Virus record (IMG/VR): IMGVR_UViG_3300034072_000964
Span: 1 to 42,383 of that record
Origin: a virus
Direction: 5' to 3' (one strand)
Length of the DNA stretch: 42,383 nt
The notes under the pieces were generated by a model. It made no database searches. It worked only from the letters and a program-made list of their open reading frames with translations, and was not told the origin of the DNA. A program made the position numbers and the translations under genes. Position 1 is the stretch's first letter. Each line of letters starts with the position of its first letter. Positions 24,686 through 32,587 of the stretch are shown piece by piece.

Positions 24686-25450
24686 ATGGTTGCCATCCCC
24701 GATTCAACAGATCCAACGCTTGCCGCGATTGACGAAATTCTGGAGCGTAAAAACGCATCAGAGCCAAAGCGGAATTATCTGGGCGCATCATCTATTGCAG
24801 ATCCATGTAATAGAAAACTCTGGATGCGTTTGCATTCCCAGCGCAAAGAAGTTTTTGATGCCGATACGTTGCGCCGCTTTAATGATGGCCATCGTTCTGA
24901 AGATGTTATGGCCGCGCATTTGCGCCTAGTGCCAGGGATTGAATTGCATACATATATTGAAGGCATAAAACCCCCAGCGCTTATAAATGAATTTGATGAT
25001 CAACATGGCAAATGGAATCAATATGGCTTTGAGGATAAGAGTCTTGGCCCTAAAGTTTTTTCCGGCCATTATGATGGAGTCATTCTTGGAATTTTACAGG
25101 CCCCAAAAACTTGGCATATATGGGAACATAAAGCCGTAAATGAAAAGAAATTTGCGAAGGCTTTGGAATTGCGCCGCGCTGATGAAAAGAAAGCGCTGGA
25201 GCAATGGGATAAAGTCTATTATGGGCAAGCTGTAATCAATATGTTCAAAGAAGGCTTGACGCGGCATTATATGACGATCTCGACTCCAGGATGCCGCGCT
25301 TGGACAAGTTTCAGGACTGAAGAAAATCCGGTTTATGCTGAGGCTTTAATCAGAAAAGCTGGCCGGATCATCAACATGAAAACGCCGCCAGATTGTACCT
25401 GTCCAGTTCAATGGGGGCCATGCTTTCCAGGAGATCATTTACATGACTGA
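24686..25450 (+). CDS. PD-(D/E)xK nuclease (Cas4/RecB-like exonuclease of the recombination module)
   Basis: 254 aa. GHYDGVI...WEHKAV gives the D...ExK motif. C-terminal Cys cluster CTCPVQWGPC. Located next to the Sak4/DUF669 genes. Confidence 0.65.
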   Translation: MVAIPDSTDPTLAAIDEILERKNASEPKRNYLGASSIADPCNRKLWMRLHSQRKEVFDADTLRRFNDGHRSEDVMAAHLRLVPGIELHTYIEGIKPPALINEFDDQHGKWNQYGFEDKSLGPKVFSGHYDGVILGILQAPKTWHIWEHKAVNEKKFAKALELRRADEKKALEQWDKVYYGQAVINMFKEGLTRHYMTISTPGCRAWTSFRTEENPVYAEALIRKAGRIINMKTPPDCTCPVQWGPCFPGDHLHD

Positions 25451-25658
25451 AGCGCCCGATATAATGCAAATTATGAATGCCGTTTATGAGGATGAAAAAG
25501 TTATCATTCCGAAAGGGCTTTTACAAGAATGCCATCTGGATGATATTTCAACTTTCCTTAGAAAGAATGGAATGATCAATCATGCATATATGATTGATGA
25601 AATTTCAAAAATATCCAGAGATCCTGAGAGTCAATTTAACACAACGGATTTTTATTAA
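25443..25658 (+). CDS. Hypothetical protein
   Basis: 71 aa. Overlaps upstream by 8 nt, with a TAATG junction downstream. Confidence 0.5.
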   Translation: MTEAPDIMQIMNAVYEDEKVIIPKGLLQECHLDDISTFLRKNGMINHAYMIDEISKISRDPESQFNTTDFY

Positions 25659-26065
25659 TGGTTATTTCATCCCCGATACCCGCTAAAGATCAAGCGCAAT
25701 GGGCAAAGATTTTTTCCGAGTCCGGTTATTCGATTGAATGGCTTCACAAGGAAACCGGAATCAATGTTCCGAGTCTGAATAAATATATTTACAATTCGCG
25801 CAAGCCGCGCAAATTGAACCGGATAAAAATGGAGAAAGCCATGAGTAAAATGAGCAAAGGGGAAAAGAAACTTCAGCGCCATCCGTCATTTGGATATGCC
25901 ACAGCTGAGCAGGTTGAATTGCTAAATTCCCTTGGCCTTGGCCCCCAGCGCGATTTCATACTTTCGCAAATCGAAAAACAAAATAAATCAGGCGGCAAAA
26001 TCGTTTTTGATGTTCCTGAGAATTTGAAAAAGAAAACTAAAAAAGAGAATGGAGATTTAATATAA
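25658..26065 (+). CDS. Hypothetical protein with possible helix-turn-helix
   Basis: 135 aa. YSIEWLHKETGINVPSLNKYIYNSRKP looks like an HTH. Confidence 0.45.
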   Translation: MVISSPIPAKDQAQWAKIFSESGYSIEWLHKETGINVPSLNKYIYNSRKPRKLNRIKMEKAMSKMSKGEKKLQRHPSFGYATAEQVELLNSLGLGPQRDFILSQIEKQNKSGGKIVFDVPENLKKKTKKENGDLI

Positions 26066-26598
26066 TGGGCAAAAGATCTGATTTCAAACGAGTCAAAAAT
26101 GACAAATATATAACGCCGATTGAAGGTGTAAACCCATTTGCCCATTACTTTGGATCTGGCAAGTATGTTGAGCCATGCGCGGCAAAAGGCCAGCTGATTG
26201 AAAAGCTCAAAATAATCAAAAGATTGAAATGCTCAGCGGCTTTTGATATTGGAACCGCATCCGGCATTGTAAAAAAGCGGGATGCATTGACTTTGAAAAA
26301 ATCAGATCTGAAGGGCGCTAAAAAAATTATTACAAACCCGCCTTGGAAGCGCGAGATCCTGCATAAAATGATTGAACATTTTATGAATCTTGTTCCTGAA
26401 GTATGGCTTTTATTTGATGCTGATTGGCCCCATACAAAACAAAGCGCGGATCTGATTAAGCATTGCAAGCTGATAATTTCCGTTGGAAGGCTGAAATGGA
26501 TTCCAAAGTCAAAATCTGTTGGCAAGGATAATTGCTGTTGGTACTTATTCAGCAAACGCCATACGGATGGGCCTAAATTTATTGGCAGAAAAAAATAA
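26065..26598 (+). CDS. N6-adenine (or N4-cytosine) DNA methyltransferase, small orphan type
   Basis: 177 aa. VEPCAAKG is motif I-like, followed by ITNPPWK, the (D/N)PP(Y/F/W) catalytic motif IV. No adjacent restriction gene. Confidence 0.7.
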   Translation: MGKRSDFKRVKNDKYITPIEGVNPFAHYFGSGKYVEPCAAKGQLIEKLKIIKRLKCSAAFDIGTASGIVKKRDALTLKKSDLKGAKKIITNPPWKREILHKMIEHFMNLVPEVWLLFDADWPHTKQSADLIKHCKLIISVGRLKWIPKSKSVGKDNCCWYLFSKRHTDGPKFIGRKK

Positions 26599-26601
26599 AT
26601 C

Positions 26602-26913
26602 ATGCCAGTAGTTCTTCCCCTATCAAGAGGATATTGCGCCATCATAGATGATGAAGATCTTGAAAAAGTTTCTCAACATAAATGGCATACGCATATTTCC
26701 AAAGGCAAAAACAAAAAACCAGGCCAGCCATACGCCAGGGCAACCATCAATGGCAAAAAGGTTTATCTGCATAGATTTGTAATGGATTCAACAGATCCAT
26801 CAAAACAGGTTGATCATGGCAATCATCAGACTCTGGATTGCCGGAAATGTAATTTGGAAGAAACGGATCATCAGACAAATCAGAGTCGCCGTAGGAATTG
26901 CAACAAATGTTAA
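26602..26913 (+). CDS. HNH_3-type endonuclease-like protein
   Basis: 103 aa. YLHRFVM...VDHGNHQTLDCRKCNLEE matches the vDH.N...lDNR..NL pattern. Confidence 0.6.
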   Translation: MPVVLPLSRGYCAIIDDEDLEKVSQHKWHTHISKGKNKKPGQPYARATINGKKVYLHRFVMDSTDPSKQVDHGNHQTLDCRKCNLEETDHQTNQSRRRNCNKC

Positions 26914-27350
26914 ATGGCTCAGAAAAAATAAAAAAGATCTTGCCGCAATTAACTCAGGATAATGATGTTGCGATTGTCGCGGCCATCAATGCCATCAAGC
27001 GTATCCTTGCATCTGAAGGCAAATCATTCCATGATGTTGAGCTTGTCGCAAAGGGCGGATCTAGCGGCGGCAACGGTTATCAATATCAGAGCTATGGAAG
27101 ATCCCAGCGCCAAGAAAAACCGCGCCAGGAAAGAACCTATGAACATTCTGGGGAAAAGGCTTTTACGTTTGAAAAGCAAAAAGAAATGGCGGAATTTATT
27201 GATCAAAATACGCCATCCATGACGGAATGGGAAACAACTTTCTGGCAAGATATTCAAGGCCGGATATACAGGATGAAATTATCCGCAAAACAAATGGCAA
27301 TCATAGAAAGACTCTATGATCGCGCAATATTAGAGGCGTTAAGAACATGA
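26898..27350 (+). CDS. Hypothetical protein
   Basis: 150 aa. ATGA overlap with the helicase gene. Confidence 0.55.
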   Translation: MQQMLNGSEKIKKILPQLTQDNDVAIVAAINAIKRILASEGKSFHDVELVAKGGSSGGNGYQYQSYGRSQRQEKPRQERTYEHSGEKAFTFEKQKEMAEFIDQNTPSMTEWETTFWQDIQGRIYRMKLSAKQMAIIERLYDRAILEALRT

Positions 27351-29020
27351 CATTGGAATTAAGACCATATCAGGCAAAGGCTGTAAGAGCTGTTTATAAT
27401 TACTGGCAAAATTATGATACGCATGGAATCGTTGTATTGCCAACCGGAACGGGCAAGAGCTTTGTTATCGCTAAAATTTGCGAAGATATGGCCCCGCATG
27501 GAGCGCGCATCATTGTTGCGACTCACGTTAAAGAGCTGGTAAAGCAAAACTATCTGGAGCTGATAGATATAAGCCCGTTTGCCCCAGCTGGCGTTTACAG
27601 CGCCGGATTGAATCGCCGCGACTCTGATGCCCAGATTATTTTTGGCGGCATCCAGACGATCTATAACAAGGCATATGAGATTCAGAAATGCGACATTCTT
27701 ATAATTGATGAATGCCAGACAATCAGCCCTGAAGATGAAACCAGATGGCAAAAATTCATTGCGGATCTTTTAGTTATAAATCCTGATATGCGGATTCTTG
27801 GCTTGTCCGCAACGCCATACAGAACATCATCAGGAATGTTGACTGAGCCTTATAAAGACAATCCCCCGCTCTTTGATGATATTATTTATGAGTATGGCAT
27901 TCTGGAAGCTGTAAGGGATGGATACCTTTGCGAGATAGTGCCAAAATATATGGATACGGAATTTGATATATCATCTGTTGGAATCCGCGGCGGGGAATTT
28001 ATAGCTGGCGAATTGGAAAAGGCCGTTAACATTGATGAAATAACTGCCAGAGCCATTGATGAAGTTATGGTTTACGGCGCAAATCGTAAAACATGGCTCT
28101 TGTTTTGTTCCGGCTCAGATCATGCCTATGCTGTAAGGGATGAATTGAGAAGGCGCGGAATCAAATGCGAAACTATCACGGATAAAACATCATCTGGGGA
28201 TAGGGATAAATTTATTGAGCAATTGAAGAGCGGGGAATTACAGGCCCTAACTAATAATAATATTTTGACAACAGGAACAAACATTCCGCGAATTGATATG
28301 ATTGTTGGATTGCGCTGGACTGGAAGCCCTGGATTATACGTTCAAATATTGGGCCGCGGAATGAGGCTTTTCCCAGGAAAAGAAAATTGCCTGTATCTGG
28401 ATTTTGCAAAGAACGCTTATAGATTTGGGCCGCTGGATAAAATCAAGCCGCGTAAACCTGGCTCCGGCATGGGTGAAGCCCCAATGAAGAAATGCAAATT
28501 CAGATTGGATAACGGCCATGAATGCGGAACAATCGTTTACGCGGGAACAAAGATTTGCCCAGATTGTTTAAATCCATTTCCGTTTGAAGAGCCGGAAATT
28601 AAAATTACATCTGATGGCGATTCCGCGGCGCTGTTATCAGATCAAGTAAAACCGGAATGGCATGATGTTTTATGGATGCAAACCAGCCGCCATGAAAAGC
28701 CAGGAAAGATTCCTTCAATGTGCGTAACGTATGGATGCAAAACGGCCCATTACAAAGAATGGATCTGTTTTGAACATGAGGGCTTTGCATGGGAAAAAGC
28801 CGAGAAATGGCATGATAAAAGAATTGATGAAGTGCCAGCGCCGCATACGGTTGATGAAGCCCTGAAGATAACTTATCCAACGCCGCGCCGGATTGAAGTT
28901 ATTCCTGATGGGAAATTTTTCCGTATCAAGGCTTATGACTTTTCAGAGCCTGAGCGCCCGATTGAAGAAGAAATTGATATGGATGAAATTGATTTTGATG
29001 AAGAGGATATTCCATTTTGA
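27347..29020 (+). CDS. SF2 DEAD/DEAH-box DNA helicase with C-terminal Cys-rich region
   Basis: 557 aa. LRPYQ and LPTGTGKS (motif I) are present, with IIDECQ (motif II), SATP (motif III) and a TTGTNIPRID..QILGRGMR C-lobe. A CGTIVYAGTKICPDC zinc-ribbon-like region follows. Confidence 0.85.
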   Translation: MTLELRPYQAKAVRAVYNYWQNYDTHGIVVLPTGTGKSFVIAKICEDMAPHGARIIVATHVKELVKQNYLELIDISPFAPAGVYSAGLNRRDSDAQIIFGGIQTIYNKAYEIQKCDILIIDECQTISPEDETRWQKFIADLLVINPDMRILGLSATPYRTSSGMLTEPYKDNPPLFDDIIYEYGILEAVRDGYLCEIVPKYMDTEFDISSVGIRGGEFIAGELEKAVNIDEITARAIDEVMVYGANRKTWLLFCSGSDHAYAVRDELRRRGIKCETITDKTSSGDRDKFIEQLKSGELQALTNNNILTTGTNIPRIDMIVGLRWTGSPGLYVQILGRGMRLFPGKENCLYLDFAKNAYRFGPLDKIKPRKPGSGMGEAPMKKCKFRLDNGHECGTIVYAGTKICPDCLNPFPFEEPEIKITSDGDSAALLSDQVKPEWHDVLWMQTSRHEKPGKIPSMCVTYGCKTAHYKEWICFEHEGFAWEKAEKWHDKRIDEVPAPHTVDEALKITYPTPRRIEVIPDGKFFRIKAYDFSEPERPIEEEIDMDEIDFDEEDIPF

Positions 29021-29214
29021 GCAAACCAATATGGGAAGATCCGGATTTTATTCTGGGATGCTGGGCTGGGGAAGATCCAGAGGGGCAAGAATTATCAATG
29101 AAGCATTTAATCAAGCGGCTGAAAGAAGAGGGATATAAAAAACAAGATGTAAGAATTATAAAATACGATGGCGGAATTATTGCAAAAAGGAAAATATCAA
29201 ATGCCGAAAATTAA
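29017..29214 (+). CDS. Hypothetical protein (start uncertain)
   Basis: 65 aa from TTG 29017. The first in-frame ATG is at 29098. Confidence 0.35.
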   Translation: MSKPIWEDPDFILGCWAGEDPEGQELSMKHLIKRLKEEGYKKQDVRIIKYDGGIIAKRKISNAEN

Positions 29215-29341
29215 AATCTATGTTTACGATAATGGCAAGCCAGTTGAAACTGTTGAAAAAACAGATGCGACTGAAGCCAATACTTTTATCAATGAAAAAA
29301 TTCAAGCCGGATATAAGGTAAATTCATCATGGGAAAAATGA
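29201..29341 (+). CDS. Hypothetical small protein (below the ORF-track cutoff)
   Basis: Hand translation gives MPKIKIYVYDNGKPVETVEKTDATEANTFINEKIQAGYKVNSSWEK (46 aa). AAGGAAA RBS. Overlaps both neighbours. Confidence 0.45.
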   Translation: MPKIKIYVYDNGKPVETVEKTDATEANTFINEKIQAGYKVNSSWEK

Positions 29342-30021
29342 GAGCTTCAAATATTATTATTGGATGCGAAGAATCATTTACGATAGCTGGGGCTTTCCGT
29401 AGGGGGGGGTACAAGGCTTTTTCATGCGATACGGAACCGACTCGCGGCAATCCGGATTATCATTTCCAGATGGATATTTTCATTGTCCTTAAAGGCGGAT
29501 GGCTCAGGACTCAATCTGGAAAGCGGGTTTATATTGATAAATGGGATTTTGGAATCTTTCATCCGCCATGTACTTTCATAGCAAACTCCAGCGCAAAACA
29601 CCTTTACAAAGGCATGAATAAAGAGAACGGCAAAAATATGAAACGCTGGAAAGAAATGAAGGCTGGAGCTTTATTCTTTAAACGCTTGCTGGAAGCGGAT
29701 ATTGAAATGATCGCTGTTGAAAATCCTGTAATGCTGGGCTATGCGCTGGCAATCATAGGACAAGATCCAGCGCAAACTTTTCAGCCTTGGCAACATGGCC
29801 ATATGGAAGTAAAGCGGACTTGCTTATGGCTTAAAAATTTGCCGCCAATCAAAGAAACAAAAAATGTATATAATGCCATGATGAAATTGCCTTACGCTGA
29901 GCGCGCTAAAGTTCATCATTGCGCGCCAGGGCCAAACAGGGCAAAGATCCGATCAACAACGTATCCTGGCTTTGCCAGAGCTGTTGTAAAACAATGGGGC
30001 AAGCTCTTAACTAAAATTTAA
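29329..30021 (+). CDS. Compact C5-cytosine-methyltransferase-like protein
   Basis: 230 aa. FHPPCTF is a PC catalytic motif IV and VENPV is an ENV-like motif VI. TCLWLKNLPP and RSTTYPGFARAVVKQW are recalled from a phage C5-MTase-like family. Motif I is atypical. Confidence 0.55.
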   Translation: MGKMRASNIIIGCEESFTIAGAFRRGGYKAFSCDTEPTRGNPDYHFQMDIFIVLKGGWLRTQSGKRVYIDKWDFGIFHPPCTFIANSSAKHLYKGMNKENGKNMKRWKEMKAGALFFKRLLEADIEMIAVENPVMLGYALAIIGQDPAQTFQPWQHGHMEVKRTCLWLKNLPPIKETKNVYNAMMKLPYAERAKVHHCAPGPNRAKIRSTTYPGFARAVVKQWGKLLTKI

Positions 30022-30045
30022 TGCGTTTCCTTTATAACCCTTGGC

Positions 30046-30384
30046 ATGGATTGGAAAAGACTGATGAAGCTAACGATAATTGAAGCGCCATTTGAACAAG
30101 ATGAAAAGCGCCGTAACTGGTATTTAAAGCTATGCATTGAAGATTGCCTGAGTCGGGATGAAGCGCCCTTTTCAGCCGATGGATTTTATAGCCGATTCAT
30201 TGATCAAAAAGTTTTAACTCAGCGGGAAAAAACAATCAGCGCCGGATTGGAATGGGCGCGCTATGCTGATGTTGTCGCATTCTATACCGATCATGGAATC
30301 AGCGAGGCCATGAAAGACCGTATGAAAATCTATCAGGCCCAACATAAAAAGATTGAATGCCGGACTCTATTTCCTGCCAGCTGA
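30046..30384 (+). CDS. Hypothetical protein
   Basis: 112 aa. I see a weak resemblance to nucleoside-deoxyribosyltransferase-like DUFs but cannot verify it. The 3' end overlaps the convergent small gene by 18 nt. Confidence 0.5.
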   Translation: MDWKRLMKLTIIEAPFEQDEKRRNWYLKLCIEDCLSRDEAPFSADGFYSRFIDQKVLTQREKTISAGLEWARYADVVAFYTDHGISEAMKDRMKIYQAQHKKIECRTLFPAS

Positions 30385-30546
30385 TTTTTTCTTTTTCAAT
30401 TTCTTTGCATCTTCAGCCATCAGGGAAACTAGGTAATTCCCCAGATGCGGCTGTTGATTCTTTTTGACAATGCCCAGCTCAAGCGCCCTTGCCTCAGCCT
30501 TTGCCGTTGCGCCATCCGGCGCGTTAAATGATAGTTTTTCAGCCAT
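30367..30546 (-). CDS. Small DNA-binding-like protein, possibly ribbon-helix-helix (below the ORF-track cutoff)
   Basis: Hand translation gives MAEKLSFNAPDGATAKAEARALELGIVKKNQQPHLGNYLVSLMAEDAKKLKKKKSAGRK (59 aa). AAGGA RBS 9 nt upstream. It is the only minus-strand gene inside the plus block. Confidence 0.45.
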   Translation of the reverse strand: MAEKLSFNAPDGATAKAEARALELGIVKKNQQPHLGNYLVSLMAEDAKKLKKKKSAGRK

Positions 30547-30594
30547 TTATATAATCCTTTTCTGATTTAACCGAATCATAGCATAAAACGGCCT

Positions 30595-30644
30595 AAATAA
30601 TAAATATTATTTTTATTGCATCGGTTTTCGAATCATGCTCTATT
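30595..30644 (+). promoter_or_regulatory. Promoter-like module B: A/T 20-mer, TTGCAT, N17 containing GAATC, TCTATT
   Basis: AAATAATAAATATTATTTTT-A-TTGCAT-CGGTTTTC-GAATC-ATGC-TCTATT. The 20-mer is identical to module A, and TTG and GAATC sit in the same register. Confidence 0.45.
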
Positions 30645-30660
30645 GGGGTTACTGAGTAAC

Positions 30661-30672
30661 AACCAATGCGAG
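30661..30672 (+). promoter_or_regulatory. Leader 12-mer AACCAATGCGAG (copy 2 of 3)
   Basis: Lies 17 nt upstream of ATG 30690. Confidence 0.5.
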
Positions 30673-30689
30673 AAATAAAGGAAATAAAC

Positions 30690-30785
30690 ATGAAAAAGAA
30701 CAAATACCGTATAAGAACAATTCTTATAACATCAGCCTTTTGGCTGTTGATTTTTGGCTTCATTAAAAACTGGGGCTATTGCTAA
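30690..30785 (+). CDS. 31-aa basic/hydrophobic micropeptide
   Basis: MKKNKYRIRTILITSAFWLLIFGFIKNWGYC. AAGGAA RBS 7 nt upstream. One predicted TM helix. Followed by the hairpin GGGGC-GCAA-GCCCC. Confidence 0.4.
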   Translation: MKKNKYRIRTILITSAFWLLIFGFIKNWGYC

Positions 30786-30815
30786 TCTGGGGCGGGGCGC
30801 AAGCCCCAAACCTTC

Positions 30816-30827
30816 AACCAATGCGAG
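30816..30827 (+). promoter_or_regulatory. Leader 12-mer AACCAATGCGAG (copy 3 of 3)
   Basis: Lies 9 nt upstream of ATG 30837 and overlaps the GAGGA RBS. Confidence 0.5.
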
Positions 30828-30836
30828 GATAAAAAA

Positions 30837-31112
30837 ATGAATCATTTACAAGTTTGGGAAGCTGAAAAAGCATCTGAAAATAATACAGGCGATAGAGCTT
30901 GGCATTTATTTTGCTCTGAAGTTGAAAAATTGACTAAGCTCGACTCTCTTGATGGCGATCAAGAAAAAGACGGTTATTCTTTAGATGAAGCGTATGATTG
31001 GTTTTCGCGTAAATTCACGGCTGAAGATTATGCGAATCATCTTAATACGCCATTTGATAAAAGAAATTCTTATTTCTTGAATCAGGGGCGCGATTGCCCA
31101 AATTTTGATTAA
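30837..31112 (+). CDS. Hypothetical acidic protein
   Basis: 91 aa. Bracketed by the leader motif and its inverted copy. Confidence 0.55.
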   Translation: MNHLQVWEAEKASENNTGDRAWHLFCSEVEKLTKLDSLDGDQEKDGYSLDEAYDWFSRKFTAEDYANHLNTPFDKRNSYFLNQGRDCPNFD

Positions 31113-31120
31113 GTTTCCTG

Positions 31121-31187
31121 ACTCGCATTGGGAAGGGCGGCGCGGAAGGATGGATTACCAGACTATCCGCGCCGACTCCCAGCGAAT
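31121..31187 (+). other. Long imperfect intergenic hairpin containing the inverted leader motif (CTCGCATTGG, 31122-31131)
   Basis: Three pairings were read by hand: CGGCGCGG (31138-45) with CCGCGCCG (31167-74), TGGGA (31129-33) with TCCCA (31177-81), and TCGC (31123-26) with GCGA (31182-85). No T run follows. Confidence 0.5.
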
Positions 31188-31201
31188 TGAAAGAATGAAA
31201 A

Positions 31202-31489
31202 ATGGATAGCCATATTGAAAGAATACTAAAGCCATCAAAAATTGAAATAACATCAATTCAGGCTGATGAAATACGCCATGCCTTTGATCAAAAAGATAGA
31301 GAGATATTTGAGCTGAAAAGATCAAATGAAGCTCTTGAATCTTTGCGCCCTCATTGGGCTAAGGGATACAGCTCAGACTCTGTTGCCGCGCAAACATCAG
31401 CGGCGGCATTATCCCAGATCTGGAGAATCTTGGAAGTTGACAACCAAACCGCGGCAATTCAAAAATTGAGAGAAATTTTAAAATATTAA
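31202..31489 (+). CDS. Hypothetical protein
   Basis: 95 aa. The stop lies 1 nt before the next ATG. Confidence 0.55.
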   Translation: MDSHIERILKPSKIEITSIQADEIRHAFDQKDREIFELKRSNEALESLRPHWAKGYSSDSVAAQTSAAALSQIWRILEVDNQTAAIQKLREILKY

Positions 31490-31490
31490 A

Positions 31491-32009
31491 ATGAAAGATA
31501 AACGCATGACGATGAACCGAAAAATCCAACATCCAACATTTATGGGCCGCGCCCCTTTTGTAATTGGTACTGATGAAAATCCGTATCTGTTGCGCTGGTT
31601 TTTGATTCCAAAAAACCGGATCTTCAATATCTATCTCCATAAGTTTTGCCGCTCAGATGATGATAGAGCGTTGCATGATCATCCTTGGCTCTTCAATGCC
31701 AGCTTTCTTTTGCGCGGGGATTATATAGAACATTCTTTTGTTGATCCGAAAAACTGGCAATCAAATCCAATGCAATGGCAGGACTTAAGAAAAGAAGGGG
31801 CCAGGAAATTCCGTTTTGGCCGCGCCCCGCATCGGATTCAATTATTGACTGATGAAACCGGAAAAGAAAAACCAGTTTGGACAATCTTCATTACAGGGCC
31901 AAAGCTATGGCGCTGGGGCTTCTATTGTCCAAAGGGCTGGAAGTTATGGGAAAAATTTGTTGATAAGCGCGAAGGCGGAAATCATGTTGGAGAGGGATGC
32001 GGGGAATGA
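31491..32009 (+). CDS. Hypothetical protein with HDHPW motif (possible cupin-like metal site)
   Basis: 172 aa. YLLRWFLIPKNRIFNIYLHKFCRSDDDRALHDHPWLFNASFLLRGDYIEH. Confidence 0.55.
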   Translation: MKDKRMTMNRKIQHPTFMGRAPFVIGTDENPYLLRWFLIPKNRIFNIYLHKFCRSDDDRALHDHPWLFNASFLLRGDYIEHSFVDPKNWQSNPMQWQDLRKEGARKFRFGRAPHRIQLLTDETGKEKPVWTIFITGPKLWRWGFYCPKGWKLWEKFVDKREGGNHVGEGCGE

Positions 32010-32287
32010 TACGGGTAACAATCGAATTGATAAGCGCCATTAATGGCCAGCGCTCGACTCTTGGAGTCATGGATATATGCAATGATGGCCAATCTGATGA
32101 TCCAAACATTGGCCATTACTATGGCAAGCTATACAGAAAAGGCGCTGTAAAGCCTCAGGAATTAACCGCTGTAACAGATCAATATGTTCAACGCCGCGGG
32201 AAAGTAAAAAACTATCCAAGGAAATCATACGTTATCTGGCGGCTCATTATCAGGATGCTTAGAGATATGTTCCCAGAGGAAAAATAA
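31997..32287 (+). CDS. Hypothetical protein
   Basis: 96 aa. 13-nt overlap upstream. Confidence 0.5.
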   Translation: MRGMIRVTIELISAINGQRSTLGVMDICNDGQSDDPNIGHYYGKLYRKGAVKPQELTAVTDQYVQRRGKVKNYPRKSYVIWRLIIRMLRDMFPEEK

Positions 32288-32288
32288 A

Positions 32289-32459
32289 ATGGCCGAATAT
32301 ACATATCAAAAATTGGATTGGGCAACAGCAACTTGCTCAGAATGTCCGGCTAGATGCGATTCTAAAAACGCTCTTGCCTGGGCGCATAACCACGCCAGAA
32401 AAACAGGCCATTCTGGAATTATAGTTTGCCTTCAATCTTTTGTTGGAAAGAAAAAATGA
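32289..32459 (+). CDS. Hypothetical Cys/His-rich small protein (below cutoff)
   Basis: Hand translation gives MAEYTYQKLDWATATCSECPARCDSKNALAWAHNHARKTGHSGIIVCLQSFVGKKK (56 aa). The ATG lies 1 nt after the upstream stop. Confidence 0.45.
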   Translation: MAEYTYQKLDWATATCSECPARCDSKNALAWAHNHARKTGHSGIIVCLQSFVGKKK

Positions 32460-32587
32460 AAAAAGATTTTCAAAAACAGGCGGATTATAAACCCCGCCCC
32501 AACATCCGGCCAATCGTTATTACAACGCCAGATCAATTGCGCCTTGTAATGGAGCGGCTTCAATATCTAGCAAGGAATCCAAAATGA
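32456..32587 (+). CDS. Hypothetical small protein (below cutoff)
   Basis: 43 aa (MKKDFQKQADYKPRPNIRPIVITTPDQLRLVMERLQYLARNPK). ATGA overlaps on both sides. Confidence 0.4.
   Translation: MKKDFQKQADYKPRPNIRPIVITTPDQLRLVMERLQYLARNPK

Noticed and set aside
26145-26645. 166-aa minus-strand ORF
   Set aside because: Antisense to the methyltransferase gene that carries the NPPW motif. No supporting features.
30621-30640. TTCGAATC, reminiscent of a tRNA T-loop (GGTTCGAATCC)
   Set aside because: The flanking bases (CGGTT / CATGC) cannot form a T-stem, and no acceptor, D or anticodon arms can be drawn. None of the intergenic gaps folds into a cloverleaf.
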